Source of the DNA: Chloroherpeton thalassium
GTDB taxonomy: Bacteria > Bacteroidota > Ignavibacteria > Kapaibacteriales > UBA2268
Direction of reading: 5' to 3'
NCBI GenBank assembly: GCA_020720105.1
Contig: DYPF01000004.1
Location: 7,707 to 45,056 of the forward strand
Length of the DNA: 37,350 bases
The position numbers and the translations under genes were made by a program. Numbering within the stretch: position 1 is the stretch's first letter; every line of letters begins with the position of its first letter. Below are positions 28,362 through 37,350 of the stretch, piece after piece. The notes beneath the pieces are model-generated. The model worked only from the letters and a program-made list of their open reading frames with translations, was not told where the DNA came from and searched no databases.

Positions 28362-29599
28362 TGCTCAAACAAAACTCCAATCAGATAAATATCGAAGATT
28401 ATGATTACTCTTTACCATTAGATAATATTGCTCAATTTCCCTTGGAACAAAGGGAAATGAGCAAATTGCTTTATGCTAATTTGCAAACAAATACAATCGA
28501 AAATAGATATTTCTATGATTTACCCGATATTTTAAAGGATGATTTCTCCAATAATAATGTTTATTTGGTTCGTAATTCAACAAAAGTGTTTCCTGCTCGT
28601 TTTTTTTTAGAGAAAGAAACAGGCGGTAGAGTAGAAATATTACTCGAAGCACCAATAACATATAATTTACCCGAATTAGCATTAGCAAATCCTTCACCAC
28701 AGGTTTGGGAATGTATTGTTCGAGGCAGAAATCTTAACGAAAACATACGATTAAAAGGACATTTTCAAGGAATTGAAATAAATGCTATTATTCAAAATGT
28801 TGTTGAGGGCAAACGACATATCCAATTTGAATGGGCACCAAATTCATTGTCTTTAACTGAAATTTTGGAGCAACTTGGCAAAGTGCCTCTGCCGCCCTAC
28901 ATTGCACGCGAAATGCAAGAGCAAGACAAGCAAACTTATCAGACAATATTTGCCGAAAAACAAGGATCAATCGCAGCACCAACTGCGGGTCTTCATTTCA
29001 CAAACCAAGTAACTCAAAAACTATTAGAGAATAATGTACAAATATTGGATTTGACTTTGCACGTTGGTTCGGGTACATTTGTGCCTATCAAAGCAGATTC
29101 TGTTGATGAGCACGAAATGCACTCAGAACAATTCCAAGTTGATATTGAATTTCTACAGCATCTGAAAAATGCTTTGAGTAATTCGAATAGAAAAATTATA
29201 GCAACTGGCACAACAAGCGTCCGCACTTTAGAATCGCTTTATTGGCTTGGAGTAAATTTAATTGAATCTGGAGAAATGAATTTCAGAATTAATCAATGGA
29301 TTTGGAAAGATAAAAGTAAGAACATAGATGCAAATAAATCAATTGAAGCAATAATTAACTATATGTTAGATCAAAAAATGAATGTACTTATAGCTAATAC
29401 CCAAATTATGATTATTCCCGGTTATGAATTTATGATGATTGATGGTTTGATTACTAATTTCCATTTGCCCAAAAGCACACTACTATTGCTCGTTTCTGCT
29501 TATGTTGGCTACGATAATTACAAAACGATCTATGAATTTGCACTAAATAATGATTATAGATTTCTCAGTTATGGCGATGCTAACTTATATTTGAAATAG
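28361..29599 (+). CDS. queA: S-adenosylmethionine:tRNA ribosyltransferase-isomerase
   Basis: VPLPPYI, YQT, GSIAAPTAGLHF, TLHVG.GTF, GTTSVRTLES, TNFHLPKSTL and YRFLSYGD. TAATG overlap with metG. Confidence 0.97.
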   Translation: MLKQNSNQINIEDYDYSLPLDNIAQFPLEQREMSKLLYANLQTNTIENRYFYDLPDILKDDFSNNNVYLVRNSTKVFPARFFLEKETGGRVEILLEAPITYNLPELALANPSPQVWECIVRGRNLNENIRLKGHFQGIEINAIIQNVVEGKRHIQFEWAPNSLSLTEILEQLGKVPLPPYIAREMQEQDKQTYQTIFAEKQGSIAAPTAGLHFTNQVTQKLLENNVQILDLTLHVGSGTFVPIKADSVDEHEMHSEQFQVDIEFLQHLKNALSNSNRKIIATGTTSVRTLESLYWLGVNLIESGEMNFRINQWIWKDKSKNIDANKSIEAIINYMLDQKMNVLIANTQIMIIPGYEFMMIDGLITNFHLPKSTLLLLVSAYVGYDNYKTIYEFALNNDYRFLSYGDANLYLK

Positions 29600-29602
29600 A
29601 AA

Positions 29603-29623
29603 AGGTGTTAGGCGTTAGGTGTT
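29603..29623 (+). repeat. Three tandem heptamers (aggtgtt-aggcgtt-aggtgtt)
   Basis: Read directly after the queA stop. Confidence 0.6.
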
Positions 29624-29633
29624 GGGTAAATTT

Positions 29634-29657
29634 GTAGGGGCATAGCTTGCTCTGCTC
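29634..29657 (+). repeat. GTAG-type REP
   Basis: gtaggggcatagcttgctctgctc: GTAG followed by an imperfect GC-rich palindrome. Confidence 0.55.
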
Positions 29658-29740
29658 AAAATCCCACCCTGTGATGTGGCAAGGAGTAGGCTCTGATAAA
29701 AATTATTCTTTTATCATCTTCAGCGTCTTCCTGCCATTAC

Positions 29741-29813
29741 CGCCAACGGCTAAGCCTATACGCAGTAAGGGATTGCGGGCGATTTCCTGCCAAATGTTTT
29801 ATATACGTTGTCC
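29741..29813. other. Degenerate attC-like cassette repeat
   Basis: 73-bp GC-richer segment bounded by cgccAAC and GTTgtcc. The minus strand ends CGTTGGCGGTAATG, resembling repeats recalled from Bacteroidota cassette arrays. Internal pairing is poor. Confidence 0.35.
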
Positions 29814-29838
29814 CGTTCGCCCTATTTTTGCAAGGAAA

Positions 29839-29874
29839 TCTTCTTCTATGATGTTGTTTTCTATTATCACTCAT
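29839..29874 (-). pseudogene. Possible N-terminal fragment of a REP-associated tyrosine transposase (RAYT)
   Basis: MSDNRKQHHRRR resembles the M…HHRRSIRL start of RAYT/IS200-like proteins. The similarity ends there; the ORF continues to a stop at 29737 (45 aa). Confidence 0.35.
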
Positions 29875-30058
29875 CTTTCATGTTTAAGCTCACAAATATA
29901 CTATTTTAAGCTCAATAATCAATGTTTTTGAGCTGTATTTTTCTTTAAAATGAGATACAACTCGTTTTTTTTTACGAAATTGCCTTTTAAAAAAACATAA
30001 ATTTCAAACTTTCCCTCATATATTTAATATTTATTTTGAAAATTATCAAATTAACATT

Positions 30059-30085
30059 GGATTCGTCACTTAGCTTAAGAATGAC
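30059..30085. repeat. Degenerate GATTCTTCACTTCGTTCAGAATGAC-type dispersed repeat
   Basis: ggattcgtcacttagcttaagaatgac; similarity to a recalled repeat family only, single copy in the window. Confidence 0.35.
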
Positions 30086-30118
30086 TTTTTGTTCTTGTGA
30101 ATATAACACCAACATAAT

Positions 30119-30154
30119 AAAAAAAGAGGCAGCCTAATTGACTGCCTCTTTTTT
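30119..30154 (-). terminator. Intrinsic (likely bidirectional) terminator of the T9SS substrate gene
   Basis: aaaaaagaggcag / ctgcctctttttt stem with a 9-nt loop and A/T tracts on both sides, 23 bp past the stop. Confidence 0.9.
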
Positions 30155-30177
30155 CTCGCAAGTTGAGAGTTTATTGA

Positions 30178-33100
30178 TTATTTTACAATATTAATTCTCT
30201 TAACGAATGTTATGCCATTTATTGTAATGATTGCATTATACGAACCATTAGCAATTTGATTTACATTCAATTCAATTGATTTTGTTCCTGCGGATAACTC
30301 ACCTTCAAACAAGTTAGCAACAAAGCTTCCATCTGCATTGTAGAGAGCAACAGAAACATTAGCAATTGATGATAAATCAACATTTAAGTAGGAAGTTGAA
30401 TTTGCAGGATTTGGTTCGAATTCACTAACGGAAACTACACCTTCGTTGCCAGTCAAAGTAATTGAACTTACTTGGCTGTATTCATAACTACCATTTTTGT
30501 CAACCATCTTCAAACGATAATCGTAAGTTTGATTTAAGTTTAAGTTCTTATCAACAAAAGGTCCGTAATGTGAAATTGTTCCAGAATTGCCCTTTGTTTG
30601 TTCTTCGCCAATCTTAGTAAATGTATTAGCATTATCAGTGCTGCGTTCGATATCGAATCTTAAACCATTAACTTCGCTTGTTGTAGTCCAGTTTAAAGCT
30701 ACTGAATTAGTACCAACTGGATTAGTGTTGAATGATAATAAATCTATTGGAACAACATAACCTTCGTTAGCATCTGCATAATCAATCAATGAACGTAGTA
30801 CGCTTTCGATTCCTGCAAAATGTCTCCATTCCACACCAATCAATCCTAAGTTATAATCAACTGCATTATTAGTGATAGCTGCAATTTTCATACTTTCTGG
30901 AACTAATTGGATTTTTGAATAAACTTTAGTGTCAAACCACACGTTGTCGTATAGCATACCAATACGAGCAACACCATTACCAACTACTTGAATATCAAGT
31001 AATCCTGGTAAAGGATAATTGTTAGGGTAAGTAGCAACATTATTCAATTCAAAAAATGTTTCTGTTACAGGGAATTTTTGTAATCTACCAATATAAGTTC
31101 CATCTAAGCCATTACCAGCATAATTATTTGCAGGGGCTTTTAATGGAGTTGGCATAACTGCACTTTCAGTAGCGTGGAAGTAATCAGAAAAATCTTCGTA
31201 CAAAGGTTCATTATTTCTAATGAAATCTTGAGAACTTAAGAATATATTCTTTTTGTCGCCCAATAAAGCATCACCAGTATTCAAGAATTCAAGTAAATTA
31301 CGATATTCGTATATGCTTAGTTGATTTAACATACCTGGAACAACTTCGTCGTGTCCATCAACCCAGAACATAGTTTTGTACATCGAGTAGTCAATGGATC
31401 TTCTTTCCCAAGCTTTTCTATCGATTACATCATAATCATAACGAGGATTTTCTAAGTTTAAGTTATTGTAGAAACCTAATCTGAATAAACCAGCTTTCAA
31501 TGAATCTAAGTTCAGATTAGCAGCTACTTCGTTAGCATCGCTTAAAGTTGGATCGATTGAAGCCCAATCTTCAGTTGTAATTAACATTTTGTATCTTGAA
31601 CGTTGCAAGAAGAATCTAACAACTTGTGATATTTGATTATTCCAATTGTTTTCATCATATTGCAAATTGATTGATAATAAATATCTTGGAGTAACATTTG
31701 CAGTCATTTTAGCGAATTGAGCAGGAACATTAGTGTATTCATCAGGAGTACCTACAAAATCACTATATGTTTTTGGAATAAAATCGTCTGGAACGCCATC
31801 GCCTAAATCAAATGATAATTCAGCAACTTCGCCAGCGATTAAGTCATTAACATTAATTTGTTTTGTGAGAATAACCATTCCATCATCAAATCTGTTTGCT
31901 TTTGATTCACGAGTAATTGTTAAAGTTGCAACCACGCCTGATTGTAATTGAGTACCATTATTGCGGAATTGTGCCTTCACTTCAACAGGTACTTGAGTAA
32001 CAATATATTGGGCGTCATCAAAAGGTAAGCCTTCTGTTGCACGATATACTAATGGCTCAGTAAAGTTGATAGACTCAACATCAACTACATAAGGAGTGCC
32101 TGTGAATTGTTCAGCACCAACATCATAACGATGACCAGCATCGCCACGAAGCACGCCATCAACGTCATACTTAACATAATCAAGAGCAATACCGCGTCCA
32201 TCTAAAGATGAACCAAATGGCACAGGATTATTTTTGGAACGTAACTTACTTGGGTTACCTGTGTAAATTTGCAAGTCGTTGGTGAAATCATAAATTTCAA
32301 CAGAAGATGATTCCTGACCAGTCCAAGCCATCCATTGATCTATACGTGTAAATTCAGTTGGAACACCAAATTCCATTATGTCGCAATCTTCATCAGTTTC
32401 GATAAATCTTACAAAATCAACATTTGCTGAACCTTTGGTGTAATAAACGTTATTATTGAATATATTCTTATCATCATTTGGCTGCATTCCGTATAAGAAC
32501 ATAGCAGCAGCGACTTCATTCCCTGCTTTCACTAATCCATCTTTAATTGCAACTGCATTATTGATAATACTTGAATTTTGTGCTTGAAGTAGAGTAATAC
32601 CTGCAATTTCGCCTTCGTTAACTAAGAATTCTTCGTTTACATCATTAATAATAATTGTATTATTAGCAATTTTAGTATTTTGAATTCTGTAGTCAAGTGT
32701 TTTTGGAGGATTAGTAAAGTAAGCTGAATTTCCAATATCATTTCTATTTGTAAGAACTGCGATACCCAACAAATCTGTTTTAGTTGTAGTAGCATTCAAA
32801 TCACGAATAATATTATTTGTAATAGTTATATTATCATCAGTATTTGGATAGAACACAGTAGAAGCTCCTGTTCCAAATGTAAATCCTGTTTGTTCAACAA
32901 AAATACCAGCAGCACCAGCAGGTGATTTAATGTTACTTATTTCATTTCCATTTATAGTAATGTTGGTATTGAAATACCCAAAATAGCTTTTAGTTTGCTT
33001 GCCACCCATAAAGATACCAGCTGTTTGAACAATAGAGTTTTGAACTAAGTCGATTCTGTTTTCAGTATAAGTTGAATTATCAGAAAAACCAATAAAAATA

Positions 33101-35823
33101 CCTGCATCACTTAGATTAACAAATGTATTATTTTCAACTAAGTTGTTGTTATTATAGTATTGTGGGATATTATCAGTTAAAGCTTCTTTTAACAAACCAA
33201 TACCTAAATCAACCAATCCATATCCAAATCCATTAACAACATTTCCAATAATCTTATTATTTTCATTATTGAGTGTATCAACATTGAATGTATTTGAATT
33301 AGTTTTTGGATCGAATGGAGGAACACTTCTAATTAAGAAACCAGCTGAGAAATTATTCACTGCTTGGTGATTAAATTCTTTTAAAGCACCAGCTGTATAA
33401 CTAACTAATGGCATCTGACCTAAGAATAATGGATTTGCATCGCTAATTAGCAAATTCTTGATTGTAATATTGCTCGCACCATCACCTAAATAGAAAGGAA
33501 CTCTTACTTTATTGTTTGGTGACTGCATAATTACTTGAATTGTATATAATTCACCACCATCAAAAGTAATATAACCAGCATTATTCGCTAAATCTTTCTT
33601 TCTTGTGTCGGTTGCTTTGTTTATTGGAGCTTCTAAGTTTTCTGGGTTCATATTTTGACCGAACTTAAAGCCAATACCACTACCTGCATTAATGTAAATT
33701 TTAACATAACCACGAGTACTAATATTTTCTGATGCTTTGAAAGTTACAGTATTAGTTGCACTCATACCAGGGATATTAGAAGTCATATCAATTGCTGGAG
33801 CTGTTGTATTATAAGAATAACCAACTTCGTGGAAATTGCTGATAAATTTGAAAGTAACTGGAGCAGTAATACCTTTCTTATACATTGCATCTACAGCATC
33901 TTGGATAGTAGCAAAGTTGCCACCAGTACCTATTGTGTAAGTTCCAGCTAAACCGGCTGATACTGTAAATGAATAATTCAAAGTATTATTTGATGGGATT
34001 TCGTCACCAGTAACAGGTGCTTTGAAAGAAACAACATAAGTTCCAGTCAATTGAGGAATAAACACATCATCAAAATAATAATCAATAGAATTACCATCGC
34101 CAGCAGGAAGAGCTTCGATTAAGCCAGTCTTGGTATAAACGACTACATTATTTTTCGAAATAGTAACTGTAGTAGCTAAATTGGAAATATCTGTTGCACC
34201 AAAGTTGAATATTCTATACCCAGGTCTAACAGGTACGTAAGCATAAGAAGTTGATGAAGGAGCCAATACTTGAGTAATAGCAGCCTCGATTTCATAAGCA
34301 ACCTCAAAATAGTATTTTGGGTCAATATCAAGTGGGGTGCCGTTATTTAACAAATTGCCATCTGGAGTTAGCGCACTTGTTGCAACTTTGTATGTAATAT
34401 AGTAATCGCCTATGTATTGAGCATCAAAAGAAGGTGTTGTTACATCAACGTATTCATTTCTCGACAAAGGGTCTAATTGATTTTGCCATGTTTGATTTTT
34501 TGTTGCAACTAATTGATTAGAAGCTGCATTATACACTTTTGCTTCAACTTCAAAATAATTAATGTCTTTTTTACCAACATTAGTTACTCTTAATGTCAAA
34601 GGAACATAATGATCACCAAAGCGGTAAGCAGAAGCTTCCTTTTTAACAGGTTGCATAATTTTTGATGCTTCTAAATCGTAATCTAATGCAATATAGAATC
34701 TTGATTTTATTGTTTGATTTAATGCAGGATAACCTTCAATCTCTAAAATTGCAGTTACTTCATACAATCCACCTTCAATCAAATGTTGGTTGGTCTTCAG
34801 GTCGAGAGCACCATTGTCGCCAGCAGCAATACCTTTTGCTGCCGCAATATCAAATCTATAAGTTGGACCAACAGGCTGTGGGTTAAAATTAACAACTTCG
34901 TCGTCTGGATAATTTATATCTTGAATTGCAGTATATATTGTTTTTGGATCAACTGAACCAATAGGACCTGTTATCGAATATCGTAATGCAACAGCATATT
35001 GAGTATCTTCTCTTGAAATTAAAACATAAGGGCGATTTACTGCATCGCTATAGATATAGTCTTCTGTCAATACATACTTGCCATCAGGATTCACTTTCAC
35101 TAATGAAGGCAACACTTTCAAAGAATATGTTCTACCTTTAGGAATTTTAAATGGTGCATCACCTAATATATGTCTTACTGTATTAGCCTCTACGTTGCTG
35201 TAATAAAATGTGGAAGGATCGTTAGGATCGTTTGGTTTAACATTGATGTAGTTACTTGCTACTGAACCAGTGAAGTAAATCCATCCGAATGTGAATTTCG
35301 CACCCAAACCTTCGTTTTCTCCATATTGTATTTTAATCTCGTTTGATGTTTCGTAAAATTTAATCTGAACATCAAATGTTGCTCCACCGCCGTTATTGTA
35401 GGTACGAGCATCTCTTTGTTCGATTGTTAATACTCTGAAGGGAGCAGAACCAGTAACGGTATAGTATAAGCCATCTTCAGTTACTAAATCTCCAGCATAC
35501 CACGATACGATATTTGGATATGTATATAACTTTGGAATTGCCAGTGCTGATGGCTCGCGGTAAGTGTTCATCGAGATATAACCATTACCATAAACATAAA
35601 GCTTGGTTATATTTTGATTATCGTATCTGAAAGTGAAGGGCATTGATAATTCATACCAAGGATCATCGCCTTCTCCCATAAATGTTCCATTTGTGATTGG
35701 GCTGAATAATTCAAAGTTTTCTGCCATTTTTGATCCCAAAAGCGATTGTGCATTGCTTGTTGTGGTTCCTATGACCAGAAAAATGAATAAAATAGCTCCA
35801 AGAACGAGTTTAGCTCTTTTCAC
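30178..35823 (-). CDS. 1881-aa multidomain surface protein with a T9SS C-terminal sorting domain
   Basis: GTG start with AAGGAG SD, signal peptide ending SNA-Q, CARDB/Ig-like modules, GTYTIG…FATIQDAV-initiated beta-helix region, D..G..R…DVGAEQF motif, VPIDLLSF…LNWTTTSE FN3-like domain and PNPA…GSY…KRINIVK CTD. Confidence 0.88.
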   Translation of the reverse strand: MKRAKLVLGAILFIFLVIGTTTSNAQSLLGSKMAENFELFSPITNGTFMGEGDDPWYELSMPFTFRYDNQNITKLYVYGNGYISMNTYREPSALAIPKLYTYPNIVSWYAGDLVTEDGLYYTVTGSAPFRVLTIEQRDARTYNNGGGATFDVQIKFYETSNEIKIQYGENEGLGAKFTFGWIYFTGSVASNYINVKPNDPNDPSTFYYSNVEANTVRHILGDAPFKIPKGRTYSLKVLPSLVKVNPDGKYVLTEDYIYSDAVNRPYVLISREDTQYAVALRYSITGPIGSVDPKTIYTAIQDINYPDDEVVNFNPQPVGPTYRFDIAAAKGIAAGDNGALDLKTNQHLIEGGLYEVTAILEIEGYPALNQTIKSRFYIALDYDLEASKIMQPVKKEASAYRFGDHYVPLTLRVTNVGKKDINYFEVEAKVYNAASNQLVATKNQTWQNQLDPLSRNEYVDVTTPSFDAQYIGDYYITYKVATSALTPDGNLLNNGTPLDIDPKYYFEVAYEIEAAITQVLAPSSTSYAYVPVRPGYRIFNFGATDISNLATTVTISKNNVVVYTKTGLIEALPAGDGNSIDYYFDDVFIPQLTGTYVVSFKAPVTGDEIPSNNTLNYSFTVSAGLAGTYTIGTGGNFATIQDAVDAMYKKGITAPVTFKFISNFHEVGYSYNTTAPAIDMTSNIPGMSATNTVTFKASENISTRGYVKIYINAGSGIGFKFGQNMNPENLEAPINKATDTRKKDLANNAGYITFDGGELYTIQVIMQSPNNKVRVPFYLGDGASNITIKNLLISDANPLFLGQMPLVSYTAGALKEFNHQAVNNFSAGFLIRSVPPFDPKTNSNTFNVDTLNNENNKIIGNVVNGFGYGLVDLGIGLLKEALTDNIPQYYNNNNLVENNTFVNLSDAGIFIGFSDNSTYTENRIDLVQNSIVQTAGIFMGGKQTKSYFGYFNTNITINGNEISNIKSPAGAAGIFVEQTGFTFGTGASTVFYPNTDDNITITNNIIRDLNATTTKTDLLGIAVLTNRNDIGNSAYFTNPPKTLDYRIQNTKIANNTIIINDVNEEFLVNEGEIAGITLLQAQNSSIINNAVAIKDGLVKAGNEVAAAMFLYGMQPNDDKNIFNNNVYYTKGSANVDFVRFIETDEDCDIMEFGVPTEFTRIDQWMAWTGQESSSVEIYDFTNDLQIYTGNPSKLRSKNNPVPFGSSLDGRGIALDYVKYDVDGVLRGDAGHRYDVGAEQFTGTPYVVDVESINFTEPLVYRATEGLPFDDAQYIVTQVPVEVKAQFRNNGTQLQSGVVATLTITRESKANRFDDGMVILTKQINVNDLIAGEVAELSFDLGDGVPDDFIPKTYSDFVGTPDEYTNVPAQFAKMTANVTPRYLLSINLQYDENNWNNQISQVVRFFLQRSRYKMLITTEDWASIDPTLSDANEVAANLNLDSLKAGLFRLGFYNNLNLENPRYDYDVIDRKAWERRSIDYSMYKTMFWVDGHDEVVPGMLNQLSIYEYRNLLEFLNTGDALLGDKKNIFLSSQDFIRNNEPLYEDFSDYFHATESAVMPTPLKAPANNYAGNGLDGTYIGRLQKFPVTETFFELNNVATYPNNYPLPGLLDIQVVGNGVARIGMLYDNVWFDTKVYSKIQLVPESMKIAAITNNAVDYNLGLIGVEWRHFAGIESVLRSLIDYADANEGYVVPIDLLSFNTNPVGTNSVALNWTTTSEVNGLRFDIERSTDNANTFTKIGEEQTKGNSGTISHYGPFVDKNLNLNQTYDYRLKMVDKNGSYEYSQVSSITLTGNEGVVSVSEFEPNPANSTSYLNVDLSSIANVSVALYNADGSFVANLFEGELSAGTKSIELNVNQIANGSYNAIITINGITFVKRINIVK

Positions 35824-36062
35824 GTTATAACTCCTTATTTATTGAAATAAAAATCTTTTTTCTATACTTATATAATCCAAACTACAAATTTAAAAAAAAA
35901 CTCACACAAGTTACCAATTTTTGTTTAATTTCTTTTTGTATGTTTCTTTCTTAATTTTTAGTTATTTTTGTTTTTCAAAATAATCTGGTTTTGAATTCAA
36001 TTTTGAAAAAATACAAATTCTCTCTTTTAAAATATTACTAAATTACTAATAAATAAACAATT

Positions 36063-36542
36063 ATGGAAATTAATAGTTATAGTTCGAGAAAAAAACCTCT
36101 ACTTTTTTTAGGTTATGGCTTGATAGCCATTGGAATTGCAGTATTTTTTCAATTTAATTTAAAATCTTATAGTGTGGAATATTTTACACAATTTAACTTC
36201 ATTTATCTGTTTATTTCACTATTTGGAGTGGTTGTAGTATATTTTGGCAATAATCAGCATTATTTTTTGTTTTACGACAATACAATAGAGTTCTGGGACA
36301 GAAAACTTAAATTTTCGACTACTTTTAGTGATATTTATCACATTAAAATTTTCGCTACAGGAAATTCCTCTCAATTCTCAATTGCAATCGCAAAAGAATC
36401 TGATAAATCTGTTTTTAAAATTTCAACTTCATTTTTTGATTCAGAAGAATTGCTCAAAGTCGCTCGCAGATTTAAAAATCTTTCTGTTGAATTTTCGTTT
36501 TTGTTTGAAGACGAACCAAATTTGTTAAAGGAAAATAAATAA
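36063..36542 (+). CDS. Hypothetical membrane protein (2 TM plus a possible PH-like soluble domain)
   Basis: Two N-terminal hydrophobic helices; 21-bp gap to cysS. Confidence 0.7.
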   Translation: MEINSYSSRKKPLLFLGYGLIAIGIAVFFQFNLKSYSVEYFTQFNFIYLFISLFGVVVVYFGNNQHYFLFYDNTIEFWDRKLKFSTTFSDIYHIKIFATGNSSQFSIAIAKESDKSVFKISTSFFDSEELLKVARRFKNLSVEFSFLFEDEPNLLKENK

Positions 36543-36563
36543 TCAATAAAAATAACAACAATT

Positions 36564-37350
36564 ATGCTAATTTCATTATATAATTCTTTATCCCGCAGTA
36601 TTGAACCTTTTACTCCCCTAAAAGAAAATTTAGTGCGTATTTATTCCTGCGGACCAACAGTTTATAATTTTGCTCATATTGGAAATATGAGGGCTTTCTT
36701 GTTTGCCGATTTGCTTCAACGAACGATTCGTTATGTTGGAAACTACGAAGTAAAATGGGTGATGAATATTACTGACATAGACGATAAAACAATACGTGAC
36801 AGCAAGTTAGGCTCATCTGCTTGGTTGCCAGAAATGGGCGAGCAAACAAGTGAACCAAAAGATAATCTTAGGAAGTTAACTACATATTACGAAAATAAAT
36901 TTTATGAAGATATTCATGCTTTAGGAATTGATACTAATCATTTTTATGCTAATCCAAGAGCTACCGATTTTATTTGGCAAATGCAAGATTTAATCAGAAA
37001 AATCTATGATAATGGTTATGCTTATATTTCTGGCGGCTCTATTTACTTTAATGTTTCCAAGTGGGCTAAAGCAGACACCTATGGCAGACTGAAAAAGATT
37101 GATTGGGAAAACTTCCAACATGGTTCTCGCGTAGATGCTGATACATACGAGCGAGAAGATGCAAGCGACTTTGTACTATGGAAAGAGCAGAAGGAAGGAG
37201 AACCAATTTGGGAATTCGAACTTGAAGGTAAGAGTTTGCCAGGTCGCCCTGGTTGGCATTTGGAATGCTCTACAATGGAATATGAAATATTGGAATTACC
37301 TTTTGATATTCATACAGGTGGAGTTGATTTGAAATTTCCACATCACGAGG
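36564..37350 (+). CDS. cysS: Cysteine--tRNA ligase, 5' partial (absent from the ORF track because it runs off the window)
   Basis: Translated from ATG 36564: MLISLYNSLSR…YSCGPTVYNFAHIGNMR…NITDIDDK…DFVLWK…GRPGWHLECS…DIHTGGVDLKFPHHE, all in one frame. Confidence 0.97.
   Translation, partial: MLISLYNSLSRSIEPFTPLKENLVRIYSCGPTVYNFAHIGNMRAFLFADLLQRTIRYVGNYEVKWVMNITDIDDKTIRDSKLGSSAWLPEMGEQTSEPKDNLRKLTTYYENKFYEDIHALGIDTNHFYANPRATDFIWQMQDLIRKIYDNGYAYISGGSIYFNVSKWAKADTYGRLKKIDWENFQHGSRVDADTYEREDASDFVLWKEQKEGEPIWEFELEGKSLPGRPGWHLECSTMEYEILELPFDIHTGGVDLKFPHHE

Noticed and set aside
29603-29623. Heptamer triplet as a phase-variation locus
   Set aside because: Only three imperfect copies, lying downstream of a stop codon; more likely a scar.
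29647-29931. 94-aa plus-strand ORF after queA
   Set aside because: TTG start inside a REP, runs across repeat debris, and has no recognisable features.
376-37332. Numerous short antisense or alternate-frame ORFs in the track (e.g. 6735-7145, 8830-9306, 11526-11954, 23490-23873, 37135-37332)
   Set aside because: They overlap well-supported genes, have no motifs and look like shadow ORFs. 37135-37332 is an off-frame overlap of cysS.

Overview
AT-rich chromosomal window from a Bacteroidota-Chlorobiota-Ignavibacteria/Kapabacteria-type bacterium. The assignment is inferred from a T9SS C-terminal-domain protein, a split atp operon lacking atpDC, a Chlorobi-like c subunit, and TAnnTTTG promoter-like motifs together with Shine-Dalgarno sites. 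Most of the window is housekeeping or envelope genes: a DnaJ/CbpA chaperone, a divergent ManC, rmlC, a site-2 protease, a porin, atpZ-I-B-E-F-H-A-G, lysC, an LhgO-type oxidase, ugd, metG, queA and a partial cysS that the ORF track misses. Four things stand out. (1) A tightly coupled operon encodes a large TPR protein, an apparently plug-less outer-membrane barrel, a SPOR membrane protein and a TonB/TolA-like protein, a candidate trans-envelope septal machine. (2) The ADP-heptose epimerase hldD sits between atpA and atpG. (3) A probable anti-sigma factor is fused to an outer-membrane barrel. (4) Intergenic spaces carry several families of small palindromic elements: GTAG-REPs, a MITE with IS1182-like ends, 18-bp inverted repeats bracketing the oxidase gene, an attC-like site, a possible RAYT fragment and a toxin remnant beside an orphan DUF2283 gene. 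No rRNA, tRNA or CRISPR array was seen. All family assignments are from motif recognition by eye, with no database searches.
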